Origin: Candidatus Bathyarchaeia archaeon
GTDB lineage: Archaea > Thermoproteota > Bathyarchaeia > TCS64
Assembly: GCA_050014495.1 (NCBI GenBank)
Contig: JBEKDF010000038.1
Location: forward strand, 1 to 27,638
Direction of reading: 5' to 3'
Length of the DNA stretch: 27,638 nt
Shown here: positions 1 to 9,681 of the stretch, in pieces
How the letters are laid out: each line of letters opens with the position of its first letter
Numbering within the stretch: the stretch's first letter is position 1
Notes under the pieces: model-generated
Seen by the model: only the letters and a program-made list of their open reading frames with translations
The model's database searches: none
Told to the model about the DNA's origin: nothing
Made by a program: the position numbers and the translations under genes

Positions 1-88
1 TCTTTATGGGTCTCTCAGCGGGTTTATGATCCTTCTCGTCAATAAGCTCCATTATTGGCTGAAAACGGGAATGTGGATTTAAAACCAT
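1..88 (-). CDS. Possible 5' end of a gene running off the window, divergent from aor
   Basis: ATG at 88 opens a frame (MVLNPHSRFQPIMELIDEKDHKPAERPIK...) with no stop before the window edge; too short to assign a family. Confidence 0.3.
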   Translation of the reverse strand, partial: MVLNPHSRFQPIMELIDEKDHKPAERPIK

Positions 89-273
89 TTTACACCAATA
101 ACGGGACAAGCCAGCGCGCGCAATTTTGTAAAAAATTTTTTGGTGCGAGTAAATAATTTCATAGTTTATGAATCTACTCTGAAGTTATGTCTTGGAGCGA
201 GAAATTTTTAACTGATCATATTGAAATCGAGTACGCATAAAATTATATGAGGATTTATTCTCATAGGTTCATG

Positions 274-2130
274 ATGTATGGATTTAACGGTAAAGTATTG
301 AAGGTAAATTTAGACACGCAAAAAAATGATGTAGAATTATTAGATGAAAAAATCTATAGAAAATATCTTGGAGGCCGCAACCTAGGGTTATACTACCTTA
401 ACAAGGAGATGAGTAGCGGCGTCGACCCGCTCTCACCTGAAAACACCCTAGTCTTCGCAACGGGTGTCACAACCGGCGTCCCCCTAACAGGTTTCTGTCG
501 ACACAGCGTTGTAGCGAAATCACCCCTAACAAACGGCTTCGGCGAAGCCGAAGCGGGCGGCTTCTGGGGAGCCGAGCTCAAATTCACCGGCTACGACGCG
601 GTTGTGATCAAGGGCAGATCACCTAAGCCAACCTACCTATGGGTCCACGATGGCGAAGCCGAGCTAAAGGATGCCTCAGCCATCTGGGGTCTACAGACGC
701 TAGAGTCACAGGAGGCAATCCGCGAAGAATTGAAGGACAAGCTAGTGAGGATCGCCCAGATAGGTCCAGCCGGGGAGAGACTTGTCAGATACGCATGCAT
801 CTTAAACGATCTAAAATACGCCAATGGCAGGAGCGGCCTCGGAGCAGTCATGGGCTCGAAAAACCTCAAGGCCATAGCTGTACGCGGACACAACAGACTG
901 GAGTTCAAGGATCCCGAAAAGATAAAGGAGCTCGGAAAGTGGTTTAGCGAAAACTGGCAGAAGTACCCGGGCGCCCTCTCAAGAAGCAGGCTGGGGACAG
1001 CAGACGCGTTGCTCGCTTCAAATGCTGACGGTATTCTGCCCACGAGGAACTTCTTGAAAGGAACATTTGATCACGCCGAGGACATCTCAGGCGATAGGAT
1101 GAAGGACACGATCCTCATGGGAACAGAGGGCTGTTACGCCTGCTCAATAAGATGCAAACGCGTCGTGAAAGCCAAACCACCATACGAGACGAATCCAGCC
1201 TATGGAGGTCCAGAGTATGAGACACTCGCAGCGTTCGGCTCCCTCTGCGAGGTCAGCGACATAAGCGCCATATCATACGCCAATCAACTCTGCAACGCAT
1301 ACGGACTAGACACCATAAGCACCGGTGTCACCATCGCCTTCACCATGGAGTGTTTCGAGAATGGCATACTTATGAGGGACCAAATAGGCCTTGAGCCCAG
1401 ATTCGGAAACACTGAAGCCATGGTCAAACTGGTTGACATGATAGCCAAGCGAGAGGGCTTTGGCGACATCTTAGCAGAAGGTTCGATGAGAGCATCTCAA
1501 AAAATCGGAAAAGGTTCAGAAAAGTATGCCATGCATGTGAAGGGAAAGGAACTCCCAATGCACGAGCCAAGAGGAAAGACAGGCCTCGCGCTGCAGTATA
1601 CACTATCACCATCAGGCGCAGACCACATGCAGGCAGCACATGACCCGGTCTTCCAATCAAACGTCGAGAACATCAAACCGTTGGGTATCCTTGAGCCGGT
1701 TGATAGGCTGAGCCTCGGACCAGATAAGGTGAGGTTATTCAAATACCTGCAGTTGTGGTGGAACCTCCTCGACTGCCTATGCGTCTGTAAGTTCGTCATA
1801 GTTCCACACGGAGCAGGGGTCTTCAAGATCAATCACATGACCGACATCGTCAACGCTGTGACGGGTTGGAACACTAGCCTCCTCGAACTCATGCTATCCT
1901 CTGAGCGTTCAATCAACTTAGCTAGGGAATTCAATCTAAGGGAGGGAATAACCGAGGCAGATGATCGACTCCCCAACCGATTCTTCGAACCACTCGAATC
2001 AGGTCCCAGAAAAGGAGCCAAGATATCTGAAAGCGAGCTACAGCAGGCAATTAAAACCTACTATGAGATGATGGGGTGGGATGAAGCAGGCAAACCTGAG
2101 ACAGCTAAGCTCCTAGACCTCAATATTTAA
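274..2130 (+). CDS. aor: Aldehyde:ferredoxin oxidoreductase (tungstopterin AOR family)
   Basis: N-terminus MYGFNGKVLKVNL, KSPLT, GPAGE, GRSGLGAVMGSKNLKAI, Fe-S cysteines CYACSIRC, EYET, GLDTIS, CVCKF, YYEMMGWD. The ORF track starts at 247; the family-like N-terminus begins at ATG 271/274. Confidence 0.93.
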   Translation: MYGFNGKVLKVNLDTQKNDVELLDEKIYRKYLGGRNLGLYYLNKEMSSGVDPLSPENTLVFATGVTTGVPLTGFCRHSVVAKSPLTNGFGEAEAGGFWGAELKFTGYDAVVIKGRSPKPTYLWVHDGEAELKDASAIWGLQTLESQEAIREELKDKLVRIAQIGPAGERLVRYACILNDLKYANGRSGLGAVMGSKNLKAIAVRGHNRLEFKDPEKIKELGKWFSENWQKYPGALSRSRLGTADALLASNADGILPTRNFLKGTFDHAEDISGDRMKDTILMGTEGCYACSIRCKRVVKAKPPYETNPAYGGPEYETLAAFGSLCEVSDISAISYANQLCNAYGLDTISTGVTIAFTMECFENGILMRDQIGLEPRFGNTEAMVKLVDMIAKREGFGDILAEGSMRASQKIGKGSEKYAMHVKGKELPMHEPRGKTGLALQYTLSPSGADHMQAAHDPVFQSNVENIKPLGILEPVDRLSLGPDKVRLFKYLQLWWNLLDCLCVCKFVIVPHGAGVFKINHMTDIVNAVTGWNTSLLELMLSSERSINLAREFNLREGITEADDRLPNRFFEPLESGPRKGAKISESELQQAIKTYYEMMGWDEAGKPETAKLLDLNI

Positions 2131-2268
2131 TACAATTTATGCGTAAACATCAAGCGAGAAAAAAGGAAGGCGTCTCGATCTAAATGCGCACGCACAAACG
2201 GTTCACCGAAATTACATCTACCGCATAATCGTCTCGAATAAAATTGTTGGTTGCAGGTTACTGATTAG

Positions 2269-3240
2269 CTATACATTCCTCGCCGTGAAGAAGGCTACGA
2301 GGTCCAGACCTTTCGGGAGCTTTTTCTCTTTTATATAGTAAGTGAGTGTGGCGAGGGAGGCACAAGATGCGGGGAGAACCAAGAGGCCCTCCTCGCGCGC
2401 TAGGATGTCCGAGTACCGGATCATCTCACCATCAGTTACATGAGCTGCCCAGCCTCCACTCGCCCATAGAGCGTCGAGAGCCTCTTGCCCGTCGAGACTC
2501 ATCCAACTAACGAGAGGCTCGTTGATGGTTGTTTCATTGATCCCTTCGGGCCTTAGGTTCTCGATACTTCTCTTCCCAGCGAGGAAACTGGAGACTATCG
2601 GGTTCCCCCCGCTCGTGCTCGCGGCGATGATCATAGTGTTTTTCTTTGTCTTACCGCTCTTTCGGAGACTCTGAAGGCCGAAGTTAATCCCAGCGAGGGT
2701 TGTGCCATTACTTGTTGGAACAGCCACAACATCGGGGGCTCGTCCCATCCTCTCAACTATTTCGTAGGCTATTGTTGCGTATGCCTCAAAAGATGCGGCT
2801 CTGTTCTCTGATGTGCCGGGGTTAGCATTGTACCATCCTCTCTTACCCGCTTCGATCCCGGAATACTCAACAACTTCCTCGTAGGTCCCTGGAGCGCGAT
2901 GAATCACGCCACCTTGCTTCTCCATCTCCTCTATCCGTGGAGTATGATACTTCTCAGGGATGTAGACGTGTGTCGTGATTCCGAAGATGCGAGAGAGGTG
3001 GACGAAGCTAGCGCCGAAGTTACCACAAGAGGCTATGACGAGTTCTCCGAAGCCTTTTTCCTTCGCAAGCTTGAGGCACGCGTAAGCGGCGCGGTCCTTC
3101 ATCGTCCCAGTTGGGTTCCCTCCCTCAAATTTTATGTAAATGTTGCTATATCCAAGCAACTGTTCGAGATTGCGGGAATGTGTGAATATCGTGTCGCCAA
3201 TGCCGTGTGCGATTAATTCTCCTTGCAACATTGCCGTCAA
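2269..3240 (-). CDS. PLP-dependent enzyme, fold type II (threonine synthase/Trp synthase beta-like), divergent
   Basis: KFEGGNPTGTMKDR (PLP lysine), ASCGNFGAS, VPTSNGTTLAG phosphate-binding loop, LAREEG. TTG start; ATG at 3231 is an alternative. Confidence 0.85.
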   Translation of the reverse strand: MTAMLQGELIAHGIGDTIFTHSRNLEQLLGYSNIYIKFEGGNPTGTMKDRAAYACLKLAKEKGFGELVIASCGNFGASFVHLSRIFGITTHVYIPEKYHTPRIEEMEKQGGVIHRAPGTYEEVVEYSGIEAGKRGWYNANPGTSENRAASFEAYATIAYEIVERMGRAPDVVAVPTSNGTTLAGINFGLQSLRKSGKTKKNTMIIAASTSGGNPIVSSFLAGKRSIENLRPEGINETTINEPLVSWMSLDGQEALDALWASGGWAAHVTDGEMIRYSDILAREEGLLVLPASCASLATLTYYIKEKKLPKGLDLVAFFTARNV

Positions 3241-3328
3241 GTTCTGAGTCTAACCTGATAGTAAGCAATAATAAGTAGGATTAATGATTATCGACTCCGG
3301 ATACAAAGTCCACGCAGGTATGTAAATA

Positions 3329-4687
3329 GTGTCGAGCCTCTCTATAGAAGCGAGACAGATCGAGACGGGTTATGAAATAAATCTCCGCGGTTCGCGGTAT
3401 GTCGTAAAGTACCCCAACGGCTTCTGGAAGAATTATCCCCAGGAGGCGAAGGATGTGCTATTCGACAATCTCGTCTACGCAGAGACCGTCCATCTACCCC
3501 TTACCCTAAGGAAGAGCGAGTTGAGGTACAATACCTCTGCTCCCTTTTTCCAGACCCAGTTCTTCCAGAACCTCCTGATGGACCTGCCGAGCTGTGCAGA
3601 TGTAGACGGAACTAGGACGTCGGAACTGATTAAAGATTTCATGAATCTTAATATCAAGTTCAATGACTATAACGTCAAGTTTCCAACCTATAAGCAGCCA
3701 AGCAGGGACGACAGCAGCGTTGTTGCACTCAGCTTCGGTAAAGACAGCCTACTCACTTGGGCAGTCTGCCGCGAGCTCGGCCTCAACCCACAGGCTGCGT
3801 ACGTCGTTGAGCCCCTCCTCCTATACGAGGAGAAGCACAAAGATGTACTCGCCAAGGAGTTCGAGAGCGAGTTCAAGGTGAAGCTAAACAAGATCATACA
3901 CACAACTGGCCACTTACGCGACGGTATACGCCTCGGCGTTGGTAAAACAGAGATTGGTTGGGGACTTCAGAATACACAATACGCGATGATGTTACTCCCC
4001 ATTGCCAACACCTTCCAGGCGAAGTACATTCTCTTCGGCAATGAGCAAAGCTGCAGCGAGTACTACTACGATAAAGAGGGTTTCATTTGCTACCCAGCCT
4101 ATGACCAGAGCCACAAATGGACGATAAACATCGACATCATAACTCGTCTACTAACTAATGGTGGTGTGCGCACGATGAGCGTCATCGAGCCTCTTAATGA
4201 CATCGCGGTCGTCTACAGCCTGTACAAGAGGTACCCTGAGGTAGCCAAGTACCATATGAGTTGCTTCGTCGAGACCGAAGCGGGTCGAGACACAAGGTGG
4301 TGCATGAGTTGCAGCGTCTGTAGCAAGATGTATCTCTTAATCAAGGCGTGTGGCTTCGATCCCAAGACCGTTGGGCTAACGAAGAACATGCTCACAGAGG
4401 ATTGCAAGGACTACTTCAGCCTCTTCGGTGGAAGTGACGTCAACACCTACGCCCTAACAGGCAGGGGTCGCGACGAGCAACTCTTCGCCTTCTACCTTGC
4501 ATGGAAGAACGGTGACAGAAGCCCACTCACACAAGAGTTCGAGCAGAGGTTCCTCGATGAGGCAAAGGGTAGGGAGGATGAGCTCTACAAGCTCTTCTTC
4601 GGCGTCCACGAGGCGATCACAATGCCCGAGAAGATCAAAAACGAAGCCCTCAGCATCTATAAGGAGGTCCTCACGGACGTCCCCTAA
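3329..4687 (+). CDS. PP-loop (adenine nucleotide alpha-hydrolase-like) protein resembling the MurL peptide epimerase family
   Basis: VVALSFGKDSLLT PP-loop, then GNEQS, EPLNDIAV, HMSC and RWCMSCSVC cysteine cluster, in the motif order I recall for MurL (GKDS...SNExSA...LRPxSEL...SSCN...WCxxCxKC). The family match is from motif recall, not a search. Confidence 0.6.
   Translation: MSSLSIEARQIETGYEINLRGSRYVVKYPNGFWKNYPQEAKDVLFDNLVYAETVHLPLTLRKSELRYNTSAPFFQTQFFQNLLMDLPSCADVDGTRTSELIKDFMNLNIKFNDYNVKFPTYKQPSRDDSSVVALSFGKDSLLTWAVCRELGLNPQAAYVVEPLLLYEEKHKDVLAKEFESEFKVKLNKIIHTTGHLRDGIRLGVGKTEIGWGLQNTQYAMMLLPIANTFQAKYILFGNEQSCSEYYYDKEGFICYPAYDQSHKWTINIDIITRLLTNGGVRTMSVIEPLNDIAVVYSLYKRYPEVAKYHMSCFVETEAGRDTRWCMSCSVCSKMYLLIKACGFDPKTVGLTKNMLTEDCKDYFSLFGGSDVNTYALTGRGRDEQLFAFYLAWKNGDRSPLTQEFEQRFLDEAKGREDELYKLFFGVHEAITMPEKIKNEALSIYKEVLTDVP
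4661..4668 (+). promoter_or_regulatory. Shine-Dalgarno AAGGAGGT inside the 3' end of the PP-loop gene
   Basis: AAGGAGGT at 4661-4668, 8 nt before an ACG (4677) that is in frame with the Ddl-like ORF. Confidence 0.6.
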
Positions 4688-5696
4688 CCAGAAGAAACTG
4701 AGAATCGCTTTTTGTTGTAACACGCGCCAAAATAAGGGTGAGTTTCAGGTCGAGTACGAGCCGGGGCACACAATTGATCTTGTAAAGCACGCAATCGAAA
4801 CCGCTGGGTGGGAGTATTTACAAATAGAGGCGGACGAGACTTGCTTCGAGACACTCAACAGGGAGAGACCTGACCTCGTCCTAAATAGAGCAGAGGGTGT
4901 CAGGGGCGAGAGTAGAGAGAGCCAGATCCCTGCCTTCTGTGAGATGCTCGGCATTCCATACACGGGAGCAGGCATCATGGCGACGGCCATTTGCCTCGAC
5001 AAACCCACTACGAAGAAGGTGCTCGAGTGGCATGGTATCAAGACTGCGCCATTCACTGTGCTCTTTGAGGAGAGCGACCCAGTTGACTCAAAGCTTAGAT
5101 ACCCTCTCATTCTCAAGCCCAGCCACGAGGGCAGCAGCATAGGCATAAACATAGACAACGTCGTTCACGACGAGAAGCAGCTCCGCAGAAAACTCAGTGA
5201 GATGCTGAATGTTTACAAGCAGGGCATCCTAGCCGAGGAGTTCATTGATGGTCGCGAGTTTAGTGTCGGGATAGTAGGCAATTTCATCGGTGAGGAGAAG
5301 CCTCGTGTCCTCCCAATCTTCGAGATGGATTTCAGCAAGTTCGCTCCCGAGCTTGGCACCGTCCTAGGCCAGAAGGCTAAGACAATCTATGACACATCAG
5401 CCAACTATATCTGTCCCACTAAGCTCCCAGAGAAGCTGATGAAGGAGATAGAGGAGACGACACTAAAGGCGGTGAAGGTTCTCCAGTGCTATGACTGGGG
5501 TCGCCTTGACTACAGGTACAATAGTCGTGGCGAGCTCTACTTCCTCGAAATTAATCCGCTACCAGGCATCGACTGCGACGCCTCGATTGACGATTTCAGC
5601 TTCTACCCCTTCATGTGGCTTAGGGGCAGCTGGAGCTTCGACGATATGATCCGTGAGGTAGTGGGCGCAGGTCTTAAGCGATACGGGATCAAATAG
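4677..5696 (+). CDS. D-alanine--D-alanine ligase-like ATP-grasp enzyme (divergent subfamily); probable non-canonical start
   Basis: EMLGIPYTG, CLDKPTTK, YPLILKPSHEGSSIGI, EEFIDGREFSVGI, WGRLDYR, FLEINPLPG. The canonical HGxxGEDG is replaced by AEGVRGESRE. The track start at 4497 adds an S/R-rich stretch overlapping the upstream gene; start placed at ACG 4677 (CTG 4698 alternative). Confidence 0.85.
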   Translation, partial: TSPNQKKLRIAFCCNTRQNKGEFQVEYEPGHTIDLVKHAIETAGWEYLQIEADETCFETLNRERPDLVLNRAEGVRGESRESQIPAFCEMLGIPYTGAGIMATAICLDKPTTKKVLEWHGIKTAPFTVLFEESDPVDSKLRYPLILKPSHEGSSIGINIDNVVHDEKQLRRKLSEMLNVYKQGILAEEFIDGREFSVGIVGNFIGEEKPRVLPIFEMDFSKFAPELGTVLGQKAKTIYDTSANYICPTKLPEKLMKEIEETTLKAVKVLQCYDWGRLDYRYNSRGELYFLEINPLPGIDCDASIDDFSFYPFMWLRGSWSFDDMIREVVGAGLKRYGIK

Positions 5697-5700
5697 ATTC

Positions 5701-6294
5701 ATGATGAGCGAAGAGCCACCTTTTTTCGAGGAAGCATCAAAACTGGTCGAGGATAGGCTAAGTAATCTACTCGGGGAGTCCATCAAAATAAACGTTCACG
5801 TCTCCCTTGACAAAAATCTGATCGAAGAAATAATTAGTATAGAGTCCAGCATGTTCAGGGAAGAGCTTAGATACAGCTTCGAGGAGCTGATGGCTAGAAG
5901 TGAAAAGCCTGGTTTCGTCCTCATCAAGCTTATACGAGGTTGTGAGACTCTTGCCTTCTTCTTCGGGTATGAAGACCCGGATCTCCCAGGTAGTTACTAT
6001 GGGGATACACTCGCGAGCCTCATTGAGGGTAAGGGAGTTGGGAGCAACCTCTTTGCACTCGTCCACATTTACTGCTACGAAAAGGGGTATAGCCACTTCA
6101 CCTGCCACACCGAAGAGGTAGATGAAAAAGGGAGGAAGCTCAGGGACTGGTATATCGCCATGGAGATGAAGCATATTAACACAACCAATGAGTATGGTGA
6201 CCAGATGAGGGTGACCCTATCAAAACCGCACATAAACTGGATGTACCATCGCTATATCCTTGGTGAGAAGCAGTATAGGCGAGTCCCAGATTGA
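5701..6294 (+). CDS. GNAT-fold acetyltransferase-like protein
   Basis: LASLIEGKGVGSNLF resembles the acetyl-CoA-binding motif A (xxGxGxG), followed by a beta-strand (FTCHTE) and WY; starts 4 nt after the ligase stop. Confidence 0.6.
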   Translation: MMSEEPPFFEEASKLVEDRLSNLLGESIKINVHVSLDKNLIEEIISIESSMFREELRYSFEELMARSEKPGFVLIKLIRGCETLAFFFGYEDPDLPGSYYGDTLASLIEGKGVGSNLFALVHIYCYEKGYSHFTCHTEEVDEKGRKLRDWYIAMEMKHINTTNEYGDQMRVTLSKPHINWMYHRYILGEKQYRRVPD

Positions 6295-6320
6295 GTCAGC
6301 CATCACATCATTAGGCAAGC

Positions 6321-6326
6321 TTTTAA
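6321..6326 (+). promoter_or_regulatory. Putative archaeal TATA box for the GGCT gene (leaderless spacing)
   Basis: TTTTAA ends 24 nt before ATG 6350. Confidence 0.45.
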
Positions 6327-6349
6327 CTGAATCAATATCCTTCAGCTCC

Positions 6350-6796
6350 ATGCTATACTTTTCATACGGTTCCTTCCTGGACTCAGAGACACTGATGAGA
6401 CATTGCCCGAGGGCGGTTTACAGTGGGAAAGCCATGCTCCCAAACTGGGAGGTTCAGTTCAACTTCCTCAGCCGAACTTATAATGGAGGTGTTACTGGTA
6501 TCGAGCCCGCAGTGGCTAAGCTAGTCAAAGGGGTACTCTATGAGGTTAGCGACGAGGAGATTCTCCACCTTGATTCGATAGAGGGAGTTCCTGAGGGCAT
6601 CTACTACAGGCAGACAATCTATGTGGTCGATGAGTCGGGTAAGGCGGTGAAAGCGGCAACTTATAGAACCACTAACCCGAAAGGTCCCTTCAATCCAACT
6701 AAGAAGTATGTCGGGCTCATGATTAGTGGAGCAAAGGAACATGGTCTCGACCCCGAATATATTAATGAGTTAGAGTCTATCAAGACCGTCGATTAA
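6350..6796 (+). CDS. Gamma-glutamylcyclotransferase (GGCT/AIG2-like)
   Basis: MLYFSYGS N-terminal motif, VKGVLYEV, LDSIEG (catalytic Glu), YYR, P...Y...GAKEHGL. Start placed at ATG 6350. Confidence 0.88.
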   Translation: MLYFSYGSFLDSETLMRHCPRAVYSGKAMLPNWEVQFNFLSRTYNGGVTGIEPAVAKLVKGVLYEVSDEEILHLDSIEGVPEGIYYRQTIYVVDESGKAVKAATYRTTNPKGPFNPTKKYVGLMISGAKEHGLDPEYINELESIKTVD

Positions 6797-7036
6797 TTGA
6801 TATTGTTAGATTATTTGTTTTTTAAAGTTTTATCTCACAACTAGATATTTGGTAATAAACGGATAATCAAAGATATGTGAGAAATAGACGTTAACCTTCT
6901 TTTCAGACAGTAATAGTTACCGGATTAATATGGCTATTTTCTAAAACATTTTCATATGTGTGATTTTTGTGACAACATATATAATTTTATACAAAATGAG
7001 GAGCTAAAGCTTATTTGCCAGTTAAAAAAAATTGGA

Positions 7037-8680
7037 TTAAAGGCCTTTGTGATATAGGATCTTTCCATTTACTATCGTCATGTAGACCTTTGCGTCTCTG
7101 ATGTTCTCCGCTTTTGTTTCAACTAAGTCACGATCAATTACCGTCACATCAGCAAGCTTCCCCGGCTCGATGCTACCCTTGAGGTCCTCCTCGAAACTGG
7201 CGTAGGCACCGTTCAGTGTGTAGCATTTTATTGCTTCGGTCAACTTGATCCGCGCATCCTTTATTCCGTGGTTGAGCGCGCTCCAGATACCATAAATAGG
7301 ATGGAATGGCATCCCATCACTTCCGAAGGCTATGGTGATTCCTTCATCGATCATAATCCTATAGGGGTTGTTCAGGCGGTTTCTTTCCTCACCCAGCCGC
7401 TGCTCATACATGCTTCCAGGACCCGCCCATTCACCTACGAAATTGGGTTGCACTGCGGGAATGATACCGAGTTCCTTGATGCGCTCAATCTGTCCCGCCG
7501 TTAGAATCTCACAGTGTTCGATGCGGTGACGGTGATTCTTCCTAGGACTATCTTTGATCGCGGCCTGAATACTATTGATTACACACTCTATCGCGTAGTC
7601 ACCAATTGCATGGATCGCGAGTTGATTTCCATGCCTATGCGCCATTTTCGCCTTTTCATCAAGCGTCTCCGGTGGCATGCTGAGGAGGCCCTTTGTCGTG
7701 GGCTCATCTGTGTATGGTTCGAAGAGAGCGGCTGTATGTGCTCCGAGGCTCCCATCCATCAGAAGCTTAGATGGTCCAATTTTGATCATGTCGTTCCCAA
7801 AACCAGTGCGTATACCTGTCTCGTAGCTCTGCTTCTGAATCGTCTGGTCGAGGAAGAGGTAAGCACGCACCTTCAAGTATCCCTTGGCTAGCGCCGTCTG
7901 GTAAGCCTTTATGGCGTTTTTTCCTAGTCCTGCGTCACCTATACTAGTGCAGCCTAAACTAAGGGCGTAATCGGAGGCGATTTTTATTCCTTCTACAGCA
8001 GTCTCTTCACTGACTGAAGGTATGCTTGACTCGATTAGTTGACTGCAGTCTCTGAGAATACCTGTTAGCTCACCATCCGAGCTTAGGTCAATATGCCCTC
8101 CCTCCGGCTGGGGCGTCTTCTTTGTAATACCAGCTATGTTGAGTGCCACTGTGTTTAAGGTTAGAAGATGACCACAGATACGAACAGCTATGATCGGGTG
8201 CGTTTTGCTAACAGCGTCAAGGTCCTTCTTCGTAGGGTACCTGTTTTCAGGCCACTTGGACTCGTCCCAACCCTTACCGAGTATCCACTCACCACTCTTG
8301 GTTGTCTTGGATTTCTCCTTCAGACGCTTCATGGCATCCTCGAGGGTAGAAGTGTCTCGAAGTTGGACGTCCCGAATCATCGAAATGCCCATATCGTAGA
8401 AGTGGCAGTGGCTATCGATGAATCCGGGCACTACAGTCATGCCAGTGACGTCGTAGACCTCAGCTCCCTTCGGGATATCGATTTTTCCCTTCTTTCCCGC
8501 GTATATGATATAGTCGCCTTGCATCAAAACGATGCTGTTTTTGATTGGTGGGTGGCCCGTTCCATCTATTAGTGTGCCGCCCATCAGAACTCTTGGACAA
8601 GGTTCCAGGGACAATACTGTCGTTGGACTCCTTGAGGATAGCGCGTGGGTTTTAGAATATAAATCATTGTGGGAAAACAC
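7037..8680 (-). CDS. Metal-dependent amidohydrolase (YtcJ-like, amidohydrolase 3)
   Basis: PGFIDSHCH (HxH), GKGWDE, KLLMDGSLG, IHAIGD, RIEHC, GSD, GSIEPGKLAD. Confidence 0.9.
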   Translation of the reverse strand: MFSHNDLYSKTHALSSRSPTTVLSLEPCPRVLMGGTLIDGTGHPPIKNSIVLMQGDYIIYAGKKGKIDIPKGAEVYDVTGMTVVPGFIDSHCHFYDMGISMIRDVQLRDTSTLEDAMKRLKEKSKTTKSGEWILGKGWDESKWPENRYPTKKDLDAVSKTHPIIAVRICGHLLTLNTVALNIAGITKKTPQPEGGHIDLSSDGELTGILRDCSQLIESSIPSVSEETAVEGIKIASDYALSLGCTSIGDAGLGKNAIKAYQTALAKGYLKVRAYLFLDQTIQKQSYETGIRTGFGNDMIKIGPSKLLMDGSLGAHTAALFEPYTDEPTTKGLLSMPPETLDEKAKMAHRHGNQLAIHAIGDYAIECVINSIQAAIKDSPRKNHRHRIEHCEILTAGQIERIKELGIIPAVQPNFVGEWAGPGSMYEQRLGEERNRLNNPYRIMIDEGITIAFGSDGMPFHPIYGIWSALNHGIKDARIKLTEAIKCYTLNGAYASFEEDLKGSIEPGKLADVTVIDRDLVETKAENIRDAKVYMTIVNGKILYHKGL

Positions 8681-8734
8681 ATCAGTTTATCCCTCGAAGA
8701 ATGGCACACATCTCTCAATGGCTAGAGTACATTT

Positions 8735-9636
8735 CTACCTTGCAGTCAGGTAACCGTTTAGCATCAGATTCAATGTCTGAACAATCGCTACTACGACGAA
8801 GTCCTTCGCTAGCACCTTACCTAGCGCCAGTAATCTATTGACTTCTCCAGAGCCCAGGATCATTCGGCTAAACCAGAGGCGCATAGAGACGAACGCAGTG
8901 AGCCCAAACAGAATAATGTAGAATATAAGAGGTAAACCGAACATTACACCAACGAGAAACATTAAAGGCACCAGGGCATAGCCCAGAGCTATTGTTAATA
9001 GAAGCCCTCGTCCAGGCCCTAGTACTATAGGAATGGTCCTAGCGCCATTTTCGAGGTCGGGGGTATAATCCGCCAAATCCTCCCATAAGCTGTTCACTGC
9101 CGTTGTAGTTCCTATTACTACCACAAGAACCAGAACACGAGTAAATGAAGCGCCAGCGAAGGCAGAAACGATCAGCACCGGAACTGCACCCACGGTAAAG
9201 TTCACTACCGGCTTCCAGAGAGTCTGTCTCAGCCTGAAAGGTGGCACTGAATAGAGCACACCAAAAAAATACCAACAACGACCCAAAAAACTACATAAAA
9301 TGAAGTCGTCAGCGCCCCAAGTAAGGAGGAAAGGACACAAAGCCCCAGAGCCACAGGCAGCCCCAGCTCACCAATCTGTCTCGTAAACTCTGCACAAGAT
9401 TTATGAGATAGGGCATCAAGTTCTTCATCGAAGACGTTGTTTAAGGCATCCACACCACTCCACCCGAGAAACACAATAACACCAAGATAGGAGACCTGAT
9501 TCCACGCTACAGAGTCAAGCATAAGGAAAGCGACTCCGACTGCGATGGCGAAGACCATCACACCCCTCTCTGCGGAGATAAAGTTAGCAAACCCCCGCAA
9601 TTCACGGAGCATATGCACTGATTCTACTCTACTCAT
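8735..9636 (-). pseudogene. UbiA-family prenyltransferase split by a single frameshift at a T7 run (9263-9269)
   Basis: The 5' ORF (9636-9229) has NNVFDEELD. The 3' ORF (9340-8735) has YSVPPFRL and EDLADYTPDLENGARTIP. Adding one T to the run gives GIFFGVLYS and a continuous 300-aa membrane protein. Confidence 0.8.
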
Positions 9637-9681
9637 TTAAAAACCATGGCTGAATATATGTCCTAGGCGTAAAGATGGATT

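Noticed and set aside
4497..4676. N-terminal extension of the Ddl-like ORF in the track
   Set aside because: It is a low-complexity S/R translation of an alternate frame inside the PP-loop gene; family-like sequence starts at about LRIAF.
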